From NCBI GenBank assembly GCA_913020445.1, contig CAJWAR010000004.1:21608-85607 (forward strand): a stretch of 64,000 bases of DNA. Direction: 5' to 3'. This document shows positions 32,714-41,788 of this stretch, piece after piece. The position numbers and the translations under genes are program-made. Each line of letters starts with the position of its first letter. The stretch's first letter is position 1. The notes under the pieces were generated by a model, which saw only the letters and a program-made list of their open reading frames with translations, was not told where the DNA came from and ran no database searches. Origin of the DNA: an uncultured Rhodospirillaceae bacterium (GTDB lineage: Bacteria; Pseudomonadota; Alphaproteobacteria; Rhodospirillales; UBA2165).

Positions 32714-33033
32714 CCGTTGGTGCCGTTGGCCTGATTTTTTTCTGTCGGACTCGTTGCTGCAGCTGTTTTTGGCGCCGGTTTGGCGGCTTTCACAATATCT
32801 TCGAGAAATTTGACTTTTTCGCTCAGCGTTTCAATCATATCCCGATCAGTTTGAACCTGTTTGCGAAGATTTTCGTTCTCTTTGCGATCTGCCTCCAAAG
32901 CTTCTTTGAGCGGCTTAATATAGCCCTGAAGCATTTCATTATTTTTGCTGGAAACTTTTCGTTGGCTATCGGCAGAAAGCCATAATGCTGCCAACGAAAC
33001 AAAAAGCGCCAGACCGCCAAGTACAAAAGCCAT
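32710..33033 (-). CDS. Membrane-anchored coiled-coil hypothetical protein
   Basis: N-terminal TM MAFVLGGLALFVSLAALWL followed by a charged helical region. Confidence 0.5.
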   Translation of the reverse strand: MAFVLGGLALFVSLAALWLSADSQRKVSSKNNEMLQGYIKPLKEALEADRKENENLRKQVQTDRDMIETLSEKVKFLEDIVKAAKPAPKTAAATSPTEKNQANGTNG

Positions 33034-33167
33034 TGTTATATCCCCATTCTAGATAAAGTCTGAACCATCGATTAGTGGTTCGAATTGCCTAATCATAATA
33101 GAGCAATAATAATTTGCCTACATTAGAAATGTACGTAATTCAAAAAAAATTTGACGTCACGTGTTTT

Positions 33168-33842
33168 CTAATAGCTGCGCGTATCCGGCAGAGTTACCAA
33201 AATACGGCGAAACACGTCGTCTATCATCGACGGCAACATGTCTTGATCACCATTCAACCGGCCGGCTCGTATTGCAGCCGAGCCCAATGAAAAGGGAGAC
33301 AACGGCAACCCGCCATCACTGCGATCAGTTGAGTGTTCGCCTCGCCATAGCGAATCGCCGCTCAAGCCCGAGATGATCTCCAGGCCTAAATGAACCCGCC
33401 GGCTCGCCCAAATTAAGGCAAAGTTTTGCTCGATGCCGCGAATTGATGGAATGGCTAAGAACCGGCAGACCCGGCCTCTATAACGGTAGCCGGCAAAATA
33501 TCGCCGGTCGGTTGGGTTGGTAAGATCCAGGGCCAGGCGGCGAGTCAATCTGCGCCGCTCCTCAGGCCCGATCACGTGTTCAATCTTACCTCGTAAATGG
33601 CGAGCGGCGGCTCGTTCAATGAGTATTTTGTCTTTTGCCTTTGCTTTTCCGCGAGCCGGCAAAACAATGACACAGTCAGGCGCCGCGCGATAATAGGCTT
33701 TGGAAACTTCATATTTAACCGTCCGTGCATCGGGCGATTTATTTGAATTTGACGAGGTATCATAGCTTCGATAGGTCGTCTGCAGACAGCCACTTAGGCC
33801 GATGCCGAAAATAATAATTATCGCTGGATGCAATTTAATCAC
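33168..33842 (-). CDS. Putative lipoprotein of unknown function; last gene of cluster operon A
   Basis: GTG start. Lipobox GLSGC after a hydrophobic h-region. A resemblance to LpoB/DUF799-type lipoproteins is only an impression. Confidence 0.65.
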   Translation of the reverse strand: MIKLHPAIIIIFGIGLSGCLQTTYRSYDTSSNSNKSPDARTVKYEVSKAYYRAAPDCVIVLPARGKAKAKDKILIERAAARHLRGKIEHVIGPEERRRLTRRLALDLTNPTDRRYFAGYRYRGRVCRFLAIPSIRGIEQNFALIWASRRVHLGLEIISGLSGDSLWRGEHSTDRSDGGLPLSPFSLGSAAIRAGRLNGDQDMLPSMIDDVFRRILVTLPDTRSY

Positions 33843-33844
33843 AC

Positions 33845-34777
33845 CTACAGCCTCCGTCCACGGGGACAGGCGAGCTGAATGCGTCCCTTTTGGCGCACGC
33901 CATCGGCAACAATATCGGTAACGAGAATTTTGCTGCCGTTGAGTTGATAGCGCGCTCGGATGGTTTTTCGGGAGCGATACCCAGCGCCAATAATCTGGCC
34001 CATGCCACCGAGCACAAAAGCATCCATTTGGCGGGTGAAGATGCGCATTGGTATCAATGATGCAACGCCGGTTTGTTGCTGCCTGATCCGGTTAATCTCC
34101 TGCGCTTCTGCAGTCACCGATCGGCCTGAAATTTGCCGCATGAAGGTGGAATAACGATCGAGATTGATCTGCCATTTTTCGCCTAACCGGCTATCGCTGA
34201 CAAACAATCGGTCATGGCGGTCAAGCAACGCAATGCGCATGCCGTGACATTGCACCAAGAGCTGATAAAGCCGTGATTTTTCCTGGCCACTATCAGGCCA
34301 GGCAAACTCGATTGACGGACCTGAGCCATGTTCCAAAAGACGCAATAACGTCCGGCCCTTTTCAACAATTTTTTTCGTTTTGGAAACCGTCCGAATAATC
34401 TCAGCGGCCGATGTGCGTTTTATCGTCACCTTTTTTTGATGTTTTTGCGGCTTGGGCTTTGTTCTTAAAGATTTTGGCTTCAAGGCCTTTACAGTTTTAG
34501 TAATTTCTTGGCGCGGCAGGGTTTTCATAGGCACCGCCTTTATCGCGACGTTAACCTTTGGCGGTGCCGGTAAGACAATAGTCTGTGGCGGCATTGGTTT
34601 TTGCACCGCTGGCTTAACAACCAACTGCGGGATCGGCCTGGGTTCGTTTTTAGTCGATTGTTTTTCCGCTATCGGTACGTCCAGCCAATTCAGCAGCACA
34701 ATAGCCAAAACAATTAGGCTAAGTGCCGCTGATAAAAAGGACCCCATCCACCGTCTACTCAGACAGTTTGTCAGCAA
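33845..34777 (-). CDS. Bitopic membrane protein with an N-terminal TM, a Pro/Lys-rich spacer and a C-terminal globular domain (TonB/TolA-style architecture)
   Basis: TM FLSAALSLIVLAIVLL. Spacer KPAVQKPMPPQTIVLPAPPKVN...KPKPQKHQKK. A domain of about 190 aa follows. The start is TTG 34777 or ATG 34747. Confidence 0.6.
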   Translation of the reverse strand: MLTNCLSRRWMGSFLSAALSLIVLAIVLLNWLDVPIAEKQSTKNEPRPIPQLVVKPAVQKPMPPQTIVLPAPPKVNVAIKAVPMKTLPRQEITKTVKALKPKSLRTKPKPQKHQKKVTIKRTSAAEIIRTVSKTKKIVEKGRTLLRLLEHGSGPSIEFAWPDSGQEKSRLYQLLVQCHGMRIALLDRHDRLFVSDSRLGEKWQINLDRYSTFMRQISGRSVTAEAQEINRIRQQQTGVASLIPMRIFTRQMDAFVLGGMGQIIGAGYRSRKTIRARYQLNGSKILVTDIVADGVRQKGRIQLACPRGRRL

Positions 34778-35249
34778 ACATCATCTCCATATCGTGGGCC
34801 AGACGATTAAGCTCACGCCGCCGTTCAGCGCGGCTCATGAATTTTTGCTCAGGTAGTTCCGGCTTTTTCCGCGCCATCGGGGCGATCAGTTCCGGCGATT
34901 CCGGCTTAGCGGCGACAATTTTTTGTGTCGGTGCCGGCTTGCTCACATGTTCGCTTAATAGCGGCACTTTATTAACCGGCCGCATGGCAACATCAACGGG
35001 TTGAATTTCGGGCTTTTTTTCAGCCTGATTTTTCGGCGCTTCTTCGGCAATTTCGAATTTTTCCCAATTTGCTTTAAAGCTCTCCAGTTTCTGGCGAGCC
35101 CGTTCGGCCAGTTCACGGCCTTTGTCGGTGGCATCACCAGACGCAACAGCAGGCAGAAGATCAGCAATTGGTTTAATCGGTTGGCCGTCAACGGCGACCA
35201 AATAGAGAATGGCAATCACCGCCATGAGATTAAAAAACATAAATTTCAT
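34755..35249 (-). CDS. Bitopic membrane protein with an N-terminal TM and a Pro/Lys/Glu-rich periplasmic region
   Basis: TM FFNLMAVIAILYLVAV. Its ATG overlaps the stop of the upstream gene as ATGA. Confidence 0.6.
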   Translation of the reverse strand: MKFMFFNLMAVIAILYLVAVDGQPIKPIADLLPAVASGDATDKGRELAERARQKLESFKANWEKFEIAEEAPKNQAEKKPEIQPVDVAMRPVNKVPLLSEHVSKPAPTQKIVAAKPESPELIAPMARKKPELPEQKFMSRAERRRELNRLAHDMEMMFADKLSE

Positions 35250-35779
35250 TTGATTTCTCCTTTTATCAGCAGGGTTCCTTGGGCTTCTTGAGAGGCGTGG
35301 GAGATCGACATCAAGGCGCGCAGCAAAGCCGCCAAGGGAAGACCAACAACCGTCGTCATAAAAGCCAGGCTGAAATGTTCGGTCAGGCTTCGAATGATGG
35401 TTTGAACGGTTTCCGGCGTTAGCTCTTGACCGGCCAGCGAGCCAATGCCGAGACTGATGCCAAGCAAGGTAAAAGTCAGCGCTAAAGTCGAGACGCCGTT
35501 AGCCGCGTGTAAGCCGCTTTCCAGCCACAGCTCGGCATCTTGCAGTCGCTTCCGGCGATGGGCCTCACTAAGTCGCACCCAGCAGAAAAAAACCAGAAAC
35601 ACCAAGCTGCTGAGCATCACCAAAAAGGCACTGCCAAATACTTTGAGCGCCCAGCCGGTAATTTCACCGACGCCGAAACTGGTTGTTGCAACCAAGACAG
35701 CGACAGTAATTACCAACAGGCCCAAAATTAGACTAAGACTGCGCGAACCGGCATGGATGAAGCTAAAGATTGCCTGCAT
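35246..35779 (-). CDS. MotA/TolQ/ExbB-like proton-channel family protein (tentative)
   Basis: Four hydrophobic helices. The C-terminal part, LALTFTLLGISLGIG...AFMTTVVGLPLAALL, resembles the MotA_ExbB signature (LGLLGT ... TTxxGLxxA). Confidence 0.5.
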   Translation of the reverse strand: MQAIFSFIHAGSRSLSLILGLLVITVAVLVATTSFGVGEITGWALKVFGSAFLVMLSSLVFLVFFCWVRLSEAHRRKRLQDAELWLESGLHAANGVSTLALTFTLLGISLGIGSLAGQELTPETVQTIIRSLTEHFSLAFMTTVVGLPLAALLRALMSISHASQEAQGTLLIKGEIK

Positions 35780-35787
35780 AATTCCCT

Positions 35788-36177
35788 CTAGCGCCGCCGT
35801 AAGGATGCGGATAAAACGCTTTGCGTCGTCATGCCAAGCTGGTTTAACCAGGCATCGACAATCGAGATATTTTTCTCGGTCGCGCCATGAACCAAAAACG
35901 TCAAATCATAGTTTTCAAAGGCTTGGCGCACCGTCGGCGTGTTGCGTCCGGTTAGTTTTTTGTCGCGCAACACCATGCGCTCGAGATCAATCAGCCGCAC
36001 TTTGGCGCTGGCTATTTTCGCCTGACGATCTTTGATCGCGATCTCGGGGTTCAACATTGTATTGATGGTAAGCGCGCGTTCGCGCTCGAGATTTTCCAGA
36101 GTTCCGGCTTCGGCCAGCGCTGAAAAGCTAACAACAGCTGAAAAAACAAATGCGGTGATGATTGGTTTGGTTTTCAT
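35788..36177 (-). CDS. Exported hypothetical protein
   Basis: Signal peptide MKTKPIITAFVFSAVVSFSALA. Confidence 0.6.
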   Translation of the reverse strand: MKTKPIITAFVFSAVVSFSALAEAGTLENLERERALTINTMLNPEIAIKDRQAKIASAKVRLIDLERMVLRDKKLTGRNTPTVRQAFENYDLTFLVHGATEKNISIVDAWLNQLGMTTQSVLSASLRRR

Positions 36178-36203
36178 TTTGGTTCTCCTAAAATTACCAA
36201 AGA

Positions 36204-37106
36204 TTAGTTGGTTAAAAAGTAATCGACGGCTTTGGCCGGTGATGAGGCCGACGGTCTATCGCTATCCGCCATCTCGGCATCCAAGGCCTGTTCTGAAAGC
36301 GCCAAGGCATCGAAGGCCACCAGCTTGGCCATATAACCAAGGATGGTTTCTTCCTGCTCAAGCACCGCAAGCTCGGCCTGTGCATCGGCCAATAATTGGC
36401 GGATATAATCTTCCTTGCTGAGCGGCTGGCCATCGACTTGCACGGATGTATTCATGCGGTGGCTTTGAATGCGGCTGGCGAGCTTTTCTATCGCCGCCAA
36501 ATTTTCCGCATATTTCACCGTGTATCTACTTTCCGGCACGACCGAGACTTGGAACAGTTTCATATCAACCTTGGCCAGCGATGATTTGAACCGCTGGCGG
36601 GCACCTTCCTGGCGGTTAACCAGCTCTTGGCGCACCGGTGTCATGCCGCGGTTTTTCTCCGCCATGCGCTTAAGCATGCGCTCGAACAATCGATGCTTGG
36701 TCCTAAGGTGCTTTTTGCGGTAGCGGTTTTTTTCGGAAATCAGCTCGAGAAAATTCCGTTTTTCGCCGAGAAACTGATGACGAAGTTCGAGCTTCAATTC
36801 GCCCTCCGCCTCTTCGATGGCATCCCGCAAATCCGCCAAAGTCTGACTTTTAAGACCGGTTTTTTCTTCCGTTTTTTGAATTGCCAGGCCGAGGGTTGAT
36901 TCCTGAAAATCATGGTCCAACGACTTTTTCAAATAGGTCGCCGGCAGTTTGATCAGCTTTTCGCTCGATTTAGGGTTCCAGGCCGGGATGTTGTTAGCAT
37001 CAGCGGCGGCATGAACCGAGGATGAGCTGGCGAGCAACGCGCCTACAGCTATCACAGCCACCGAAGCCAAAAGTTGAAACCGTATAGTTTGTTTATTATA
37101 CGACAT
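36204..37106 (-). CDS. Exported, long alpha-helical (coiled-coil) hypothetical protein
   Basis: ATG 37106 follows AAGGAG. Signal peptide ...LLASSSSVHA. The mature part is rich in heptad-like charged helices. Confidence 0.6.
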   Translation of the reverse strand: MSYNKQTIRFQLLASVAVIAVGALLASSSSVHAAADANNIPAWNPKSSEKLIKLPATYLKKSLDHDFQESTLGLAIQKTEEKTGLKSQTLADLRDAIEEAEGELKLELRHQFLGEKRNFLELISEKNRYRKKHLRTKHRLFERMLKRMAEKNRGMTPVRQELVNRQEGARQRFKSSLAKVDMKLFQVSVVPESRYTVKYAENLAAIEKLASRIQSHRMNTSVQVDGQPLSKEDYIRQLLADAQAELAVLEQEETILGYMAKLVAFDALALSEQALDAEMADSDRPSASSPAKAVDYFLTN

Positions 37107-37120
37107 CTCAGTTTTCTCCT

Positions 37121-37675
37121 TTAATTGTGTTTCCAATAGCGCACCCGACGAAGCTCGGATTTCACCCGGCTGCTGACATTGGCAGCCGACAGCTCGCCGA
37201 TGGCGGAGCGATCCCGAAGGCCTAAGAAAACTTCCATCGTGTCGGTAAAGGACGAACCGTCGGGGAAATAGAGATCTTGTCCGGGAAAGGCTTTTTTCAT
37301 TTTGCTGAGATTGACGCGGGCTTTGGCGATATCACCGCCTTTGAAATAATTTTGCACGCTAAGAGCGACCGCACGAACGCGCTCCTCCTCGCCGACTTTG
37401 GCCGCTTCCGGCCCAAGCTCCGCCTCACATTTATCCAATAACCTGGCGCTGGCGATATAGCGGGCAGCGGAAGATTCCGTTTTGGCTTTACGGTCCATTT
37501 CCAGCGCATCATCCCGGCACGAGCGATATTCCCGCATGGCTGAGATTTCGGCAAAGCGCGCCTCCCGGTAGCCAATACCCTCACGCGCAGTTTCGGTGGT
37601 GTAAAGATTACAGGCGCCCAGCGTAGCCGTGGCAGCCATTACGAAGGGTAGGCGTAAATTACGAAGATTGAACAT
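37121..37675 (-). CDS. Putative helical lipoprotein; first gene of cluster operon A
   Basis: ATG 37675 follows GGAGGA. Lipobox TLGAC. Confidence 0.65.
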   Translation of the reverse strand: MFNLRNLRLPFVMAATATLGACNLYTTETAREGIGYREARFAEISAMREYRSCRDDALEMDRKAKTESSAARYIASARLLDKCEAELGPEAAKVGEEERVRAVALSVQNYFKGGDIAKARVNLSKMKKAFPGQDLYFPDGSSFTDTMEVFLGLRDRSAIGELSAANVSSRVKSELRRVRYWKHN

Positions 37676-37715
37676 CAGCGTTCCTCCAGTTTGCAAAGTT
37701 AATTACTTAGCTTTG

Positions 37716-37742
37716 CTATGGCGGGGCCAGAGGCGGTTTTTT
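37716..37742 (-). promoter_or_regulatory. Cluster motif copy 1, promoter-like, upstream of operon A
   Basis: Coding-strand sequence AAAAAACCGCCTCTGGCCCCGCCATAG ends 40 nt before ATG 37675. It contains TGGCCC-N5-TAGCA, which has sigma-54 -24/-12 spacing. Confidence 0.55.
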
Positions 37743-37761
37743 TGAAAAAACGGGAAAAAAT

Positions 37762-37858
37762 AAAAAAAAAGCAGGCGGCCAACGATTTTTAAGAGGCCAG
37801 CACGCCTGCAAGTTGGGTACAGGTGGTACAAGGGAGGCACCTGGGAGGATTTTTATCA
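37762..37858 (-). ncRNA. Candidate small RNA with two CCUCCC (anti-Shine-Dalgarno-like) motifs
   Basis: It lies between motif copy 2 (37867-37892) and a terminator. The terminator is the hairpin GCAGGCG..GGCC / GGCC.GCCTGC at 37771-37809 followed by U9 at 37762-37770. An upstream hairpin CAGGUG-CCUCCCUUGUAC-CACCUG (37820-37843) shows CCUCCC in its loop. A second CCUCCC lies at its 5' base. No ORF is present. The 5' end is a guess. Confidence 0.45.
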
Positions 37859-37866
37859 CTCCCTGT

Positions 37867-37892
37867 CTATGGCGGGACCAGAGGGGGTTTTT
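37867..37892 (-). promoter_or_regulatory. Cluster motif copy 2, upstream of the sRNA candidate
   Basis: Coding-strand sequence AAAAACCCCCTCTGGTCCCGCCATAG. Confidence 0.5.
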
Positions 37893-38063
37893 ATGACGTA
37901 CTGGAAAAAAATGCCGTCAGGCGCGGGCCCATCCTAATTTTCTGGCCGCGTATCCATCTTCAAGAAGTTTATTCACCACAGAGTTCACAGAAAACACAGA
38001 GGATTTGGGAACGCCCCGACTCGTCACCGTAATTCGATTAAATGATCAGCGAGGCATAACCAT

Positions 38064-38759
38064 TTAGTTAATTTTCGCGTGCAACGGATCGGTAAATGCA
38101 TGTCCCCTGGCTCGGTAGGCTCTGATCGCTTGAGCAATTTCAGCGGAGCGGTGTTTCAAACCTGTCCGGATCCAGGGATATCCGGAAAGATCAACCAATT
38201 TGGTCATCGTCGCCCCTTTAAATTCGTTAGGGAAATTAGAGACGATCGTACTGGACATCAGGATCGCAGCAACTCTCCCGTGTTTAAGCATTCTGACTTG
38301 GCTATCAAATTTGGGAACATTCAAAATATTTTTTCTGCCCCGCACCAATTTCATCTGCCAACGGGCTCCCTCATTTATGGCAATTGACTTGCCGGCAAGG
38401 CTCTGCAGTGAGGTAACTTTCGGGTCAAAAGAAATTAACAATCCAGATCCATTGGTCAGCGGCTCTTCTATCATATGCAAATAATCTCCGGCAAACTTCT
38501 GATAAGCTCTGGCTCGGAGTATCAGGCCATCTAATTTACCACTTTTGATATCACGGGTCGCCCGCTTAAAGGGCGCATTGACTATTTCAATGCAAATACC
38601 CGCCTCTTTCAATGCTTGGACAAAATTACGTTTAATGTTTTGAAATACTGCTGTGGACTGATTTAAATCAGGATATTTGAGACATTGACCAGCTTGAATC
38701 GATGTAGTTGGAATGAGGAAATAACAAAGAAAAAAAATCAAGATGATGGCAAAACGCAT
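38064..38759 (-). CDS. Periplasmic solute-binding-protein-like protein (SBP family 3 type), orphan
   Basis: Signal peptide ...TTSIQA. Pattern FKRATRDIKSGKLDGLILRA fits family-3 SBP lobes. No permease or ATPase gene is adjacent. Confidence 0.5.
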   Translation of the reverse strand: MRFAIILIFFLCYFLIPTTSIQAGQCLKYPDLNQSTAVFQNIKRNFVQALKEAGICIEIVNAPFKRATRDIKSGKLDGLILRARAYQKFAGDYLHMIEEPLTNGSGLLISFDPKVTSLQSLAGKSIAINEGARWQMKLVRGRKNILNVPKFDSQVRMLKHGRVAAILMSSTIVSNFPNEFKGATMTKLVDLSGYPWIRTGLKHRSAEIAQAIRAYRARGHAFTDPLHAKIN

Positions 38760-38972
38760 AATTTTTTACTTACCCAATAGATATTAACCAATCTCCAATA
38801 TGGGGATTAATTGAAGCGATTCAAGAAAATGGTGTGCTCGGATTAATGCCGCGGAAATACAACATGTTGCACTTCGCTCGTGAGTCCACAGAGGCAAGTC
38901 AAGTCCGGGGTGACGAGTTTTCCTGTTGAAGTAGGTTCATTATATATGACGACAGAAGTAAATGTGTCCTAG

Positions 38973-40505
38973 CTACTCAATCACCGTAACCACAAGCGAC
39001 GCTTCCGAGATCGCCGCGTAAGGTAATTTGCGGAATAAAGCCGACAGATTATCAACGCGGGTTCGGCTCATTGGCTTTAACGATCTGCCCCGCAAATCCC
39101 GTGGCAAATCCTCAGTAACATCACGACTGGCGCCGAAACATTTGACTAATTCCCGACCCACTGGCGCGGTTACTTTGAGATCAAACGGAAATAATTTTTT
39201 ACCGGGTATCGAGTGGATTTTGCCACCCGCTAACCGGGGCGATTTAAACTCGCGCCAAAAATGCGGGTTAGGGAATATTTGGATCACCTTGCCATCGGCT
39301 TGATGGTAAAAGCAGTAGGTCCAGGCATCTTCACCAAGGCGCAACAACAGAGTCATTTCATCGCCGATTTGATAGACCGGATTTCTGCCTCTGGTACTGG
39401 TTAAATTAAATTCAAACGGCCCCAAGCCATCATTTTCGCGTAAATGCTCAAAATCGCCAGCCGGTTTGATCCGAATGCCTTTGACTGCACTAATCGGCAT
39501 GCGACCGGACCAGGAAAGTGTATAGCCGGCGGGATTTTTGAGGGTCAGCTTTAACTCGATAACCCGGTTGAGCACCCAATATCGGCCGGTCAGCAAATAC
39601 GAAGATTGAATTTTAGAAAATTTGTTCTCCTTTAGCGGCATGCCATCAAGCTCCCGCATCAAACGAGACTCTTTGATTTTTAAACTACGCCCGGTGAGCA
39701 CGTTCGAATACGCCGCCTGCAGCGCCGTGACAAACCGGTCTTTAAAAAAAGCCGCAAAGGGTGGCTGCAACCCAGTTTCCTGATAATGCAAACCGCCGAC
39801 CCGTACTTCCGAAATATCGCGTAAATTATCGGCAAAAAAGTTGGAGGCCTGCGACACCGCCTGGTCGACGGTCAATAAATCATTGAGGGTGGATTTATCC
39901 TGCGCCTTAAGCGGCAATATCACCCGCGCGGTTTGGGCGAGTATGGTGCCATCCATGCGCGCCACCTTATAGCCCAATGAAAGCCCGCCTTCGACCAAAC
40001 GCATGCGGCCTTGAATAAGAGCGTCAACATTACGCGCTTTGGCCATCAAGGCGGCGATCGGATCATCGTCCTCATCCAACGCACCGGTTGCCGACATATC
40101 GGCGATAATGGCTTTCAAAGCATCGCGGGCGACAATCTCGATATTACCTTCTTGGGTTTTGAGCAATGCCGCCAGCAAGCGGTCATTAAATCCGTCGGCA
40201 ATGCTTTTGGCGATGGGAATTTTGTCTTTATGAAACGGCCAAACGGCAAACCGCAATTTTTTCCCGCCGATATAGGCGTAGTCTTTTTTGAGATAGGCTT
40301 TTTCACTTGAAGAATTCATCACAGGTGACTGGTTTCTTGACGTCGAATGGATGCCGGACATAATTTCCTTGGCGAATTCTTCAAAGACATTTCCGGATGG
40401 CTCGGCGACCGGCGATTGGGCTTGGGCTTGGGTTGGGACCGCGGCATTGGCAACAACCAAACCAGCAACAATTAATGCGGAACATATGCCAGAAACGTGT
40501 TTCAT
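38973..40505 (-). CDS. Exported protein with an LpoB/CsgG/FlgO-like N-terminal region and a DUF4384-like C-terminal domain
   Basis: ATG 40505 overlaps the upstream stop as ATGA. Signal peptide ...VPTQAQA. C-terminal YQIGDEMTLLLRLGEDAWTYCFYHQADGKVIQIFPN recalls DUF4384. Confidence 0.6.
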   Translation of the reverse strand: MKHVSGICSALIVAGLVVANAAVPTQAQAQSPVAEPSGNVFEEFAKEIMSGIHSTSRNQSPVMNSSSEKAYLKKDYAYIGGKKLRFAVWPFHKDKIPIAKSIADGFNDRLLAALLKTQEGNIEIVARDALKAIIADMSATGALDEDDDPIAALMAKARNVDALIQGRMRLVEGGLSLGYKVARMDGTILAQTARVILPLKAQDKSTLNDLLTVDQAVSQASNFFADNLRDISEVRVGGLHYQETGLQPPFAAFFKDRFVTALQAAYSNVLTGRSLKIKESRLMRELDGMPLKENKFSKIQSSYLLTGRYWVLNRVIELKLTLKNPAGYTLSWSGRMPISAVKGIRIKPAGDFEHLRENDGLGPFEFNLTSTRGRNPVYQIGDEMTLLLRLGEDAWTYCFYHQADGKVIQIFPNPHFWREFKSPRLAGGKIHSIPGKKLFPFDLKVTAPVGRELVKCFGASRDVTEDLPRDLRGRSLKPMSRTRVDNLSALFRKLPYAAISEASLVVTVIE

Positions 40506-41788
40506 GGTGTGATCTTGTGTCTCCACGTCAAAACCGAAAATCCTTTCTGAGCTAACGTTTTGACCGCCTGATTCCAGTCGCTTTGCCTTTTGAGCCATTG
40601 CATTTCGGCGGCGACGGGTTCCTTGCCGATAATCGCATTGAGGCGGTATTGCAGCGGTTCCGCCAACCTGCGCGGTACATCAATCGTCCACGACTGCTTG
40701 CCCTTAGTCTTAGTAATGCCGGAAAGCAGCTTTGGTTTAACATTGCCGCGGACAAAGGCCCCGCTTTCAATATCGAGATTGGCGGCAATAAACTTGGATT
40801 TTGCCCCGAGATCAAAGTCAAATTTCAGACCACACAGATTTTTCAAGGTACTGACGGCAATATCACCATTGGAACTTTGGATCGGCTGAGTTTCAGCTTC
40901 AATGCGGCCAAAATGCACTTTCGCGCAGGTGCCCCCTGCCGGTGGCCGGCGTTCCGACACGGTAATTGTCTCGGCTTTACGTGGTTGAACCACTTTTTTT
41001 TCAGCCAATTTCTTAGGCTTTGGCGGTGGCGGTAATTTCTCGGCAGACTTTTGCACCGCTTTTTCCGCAGCAGGCTTAACCGCCTCTTGATTGACCCCGC
41101 TCATATAGGCCCACAGGATGAGAACAGAGATCAGCAAAGTGCCGATTATCGATGCCACCGCGCTGCTGGTACCGGTCTGGCTTTTTGCCGAGCCGGCAAT
41201 TGGCTGAGCATCTGTCGGCCCCAAACCCAACTGAGCAATGAGTTCGGCAGTACTCGAAAGACCTACAAGCTCAACACCTTCAGGCAATTCAGCTTGGTCA
41301 ATTTCAACTAGATTTTCAGCCTGTGGTACAAGGGCTAATACCGGCACGCCGGCGTCATGCCAATTATCAAAAAAAGTCTTCGATGCCGCTACTTTTTCAG
41401 CGATATGGCCAACCGAGACGACGCCTAAATCATAATCAACTTCACCGGTGAGCCAAATTACTTGATCGGGTGAAGCGTCTTTATCGGCAAGCTCGGCACT
41501 TTCGCTCGCGACGACCGCATGGGCGGCAAAGACCCCCAATTGCCAGCTTTTGCCGACGCCGATGCTTTCGGTAACATCCATGCGGAAAGAGGCATAATCG
41601 AAAGGGCCAAATTCCCGCTCAATTACCCCGCTGCCGCGTTTGACGAAATCGTCATAATCACCGCTGATGGGCAAAATATCCGAGCCACGCTTGAGGCAAA
41701 CCATAGAATGCGGCGCATATTCGGGCGTCAGGCGGTCGATTTGAGCCGGACCGCCTGTTGTCGCTACAAATATTGCTAGTCTTTTCAC
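40502..41788 (-). CDS. Membrane protein with a cytoplasmic Lon-protease-like (S16, Ser-Lys dyad) domain, one TM, a Pro/Lys linker and a periplasmic domain
   Basis: GTG start overlapping the upstream stop as GTGA. The N-terminal domain runs parallel to the Lon proteolytic domain: GKSWQLG (cf. GPSAG), LTGEVDYDLGVVSVGHIAEKVAAS (cf. MTGEI..G.V.PIGG.KEK..AA), VLALVPQAEN. TM IIGTLLISVLILWAYM. Confidence 0.5.
   Translation of the reverse strand: MKRLAIFVATTGGPAQIDRLTPEYAPHSMVCLKRGSDILPISGDYDDFVKRGSGVIEREFGPFDYASFRMDVTESIGVGKSWQLGVFAAHAVVASESAELADKDASPDQVIWLTGEVDYDLGVVSVGHIAEKVAASKTFFDNWHDAGVPVLALVPQAENLVEIDQAELPEGVELVGLSSTAELIAQLGLGPTDAQPIAGSAKSQTGTSSAVASIIGTLLISVLILWAYMSGVNQEAVKPAAEKAVQKSAEKLPPPPKPKKLAEKKVVQPRKAETITVSERRPPAGGTCAKVHFGRIEAETQPIQSSNGDIAVSTLKNLCGLKFDFDLGAKSKFIAANLDIESGAFVRGNVKPKLLSGITKTKGKQSWTIDVPRRLAEPLQYRLNAIIGKEPVAAEMQWLKRQSDWNQAVKTLAQKGFSVLTWRHKITP

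Noticed and set aside
33062-33095. GGTTCGAAT string resembling a tRNA T-loop at the left edge of the cluster, a possible tRNA-derived att site
   Set aside because: The flanking bases do not form a T-arm or acceptor stem. The sequence is just one arm of a GAACCA/TGGTTC hairpin. No integrase or matching direct repeat was seen at the other end.
37823-38032. 69-aa plus-strand ORF in the intergenic region between cluster operons
   Set aside because: It runs across motif copy 2 and the hairpin region. The GGGAGG strings there are better explained as the complement of CCUCCC motifs of a minus-strand RNA, and they are about 20 nt or more from any start codon.
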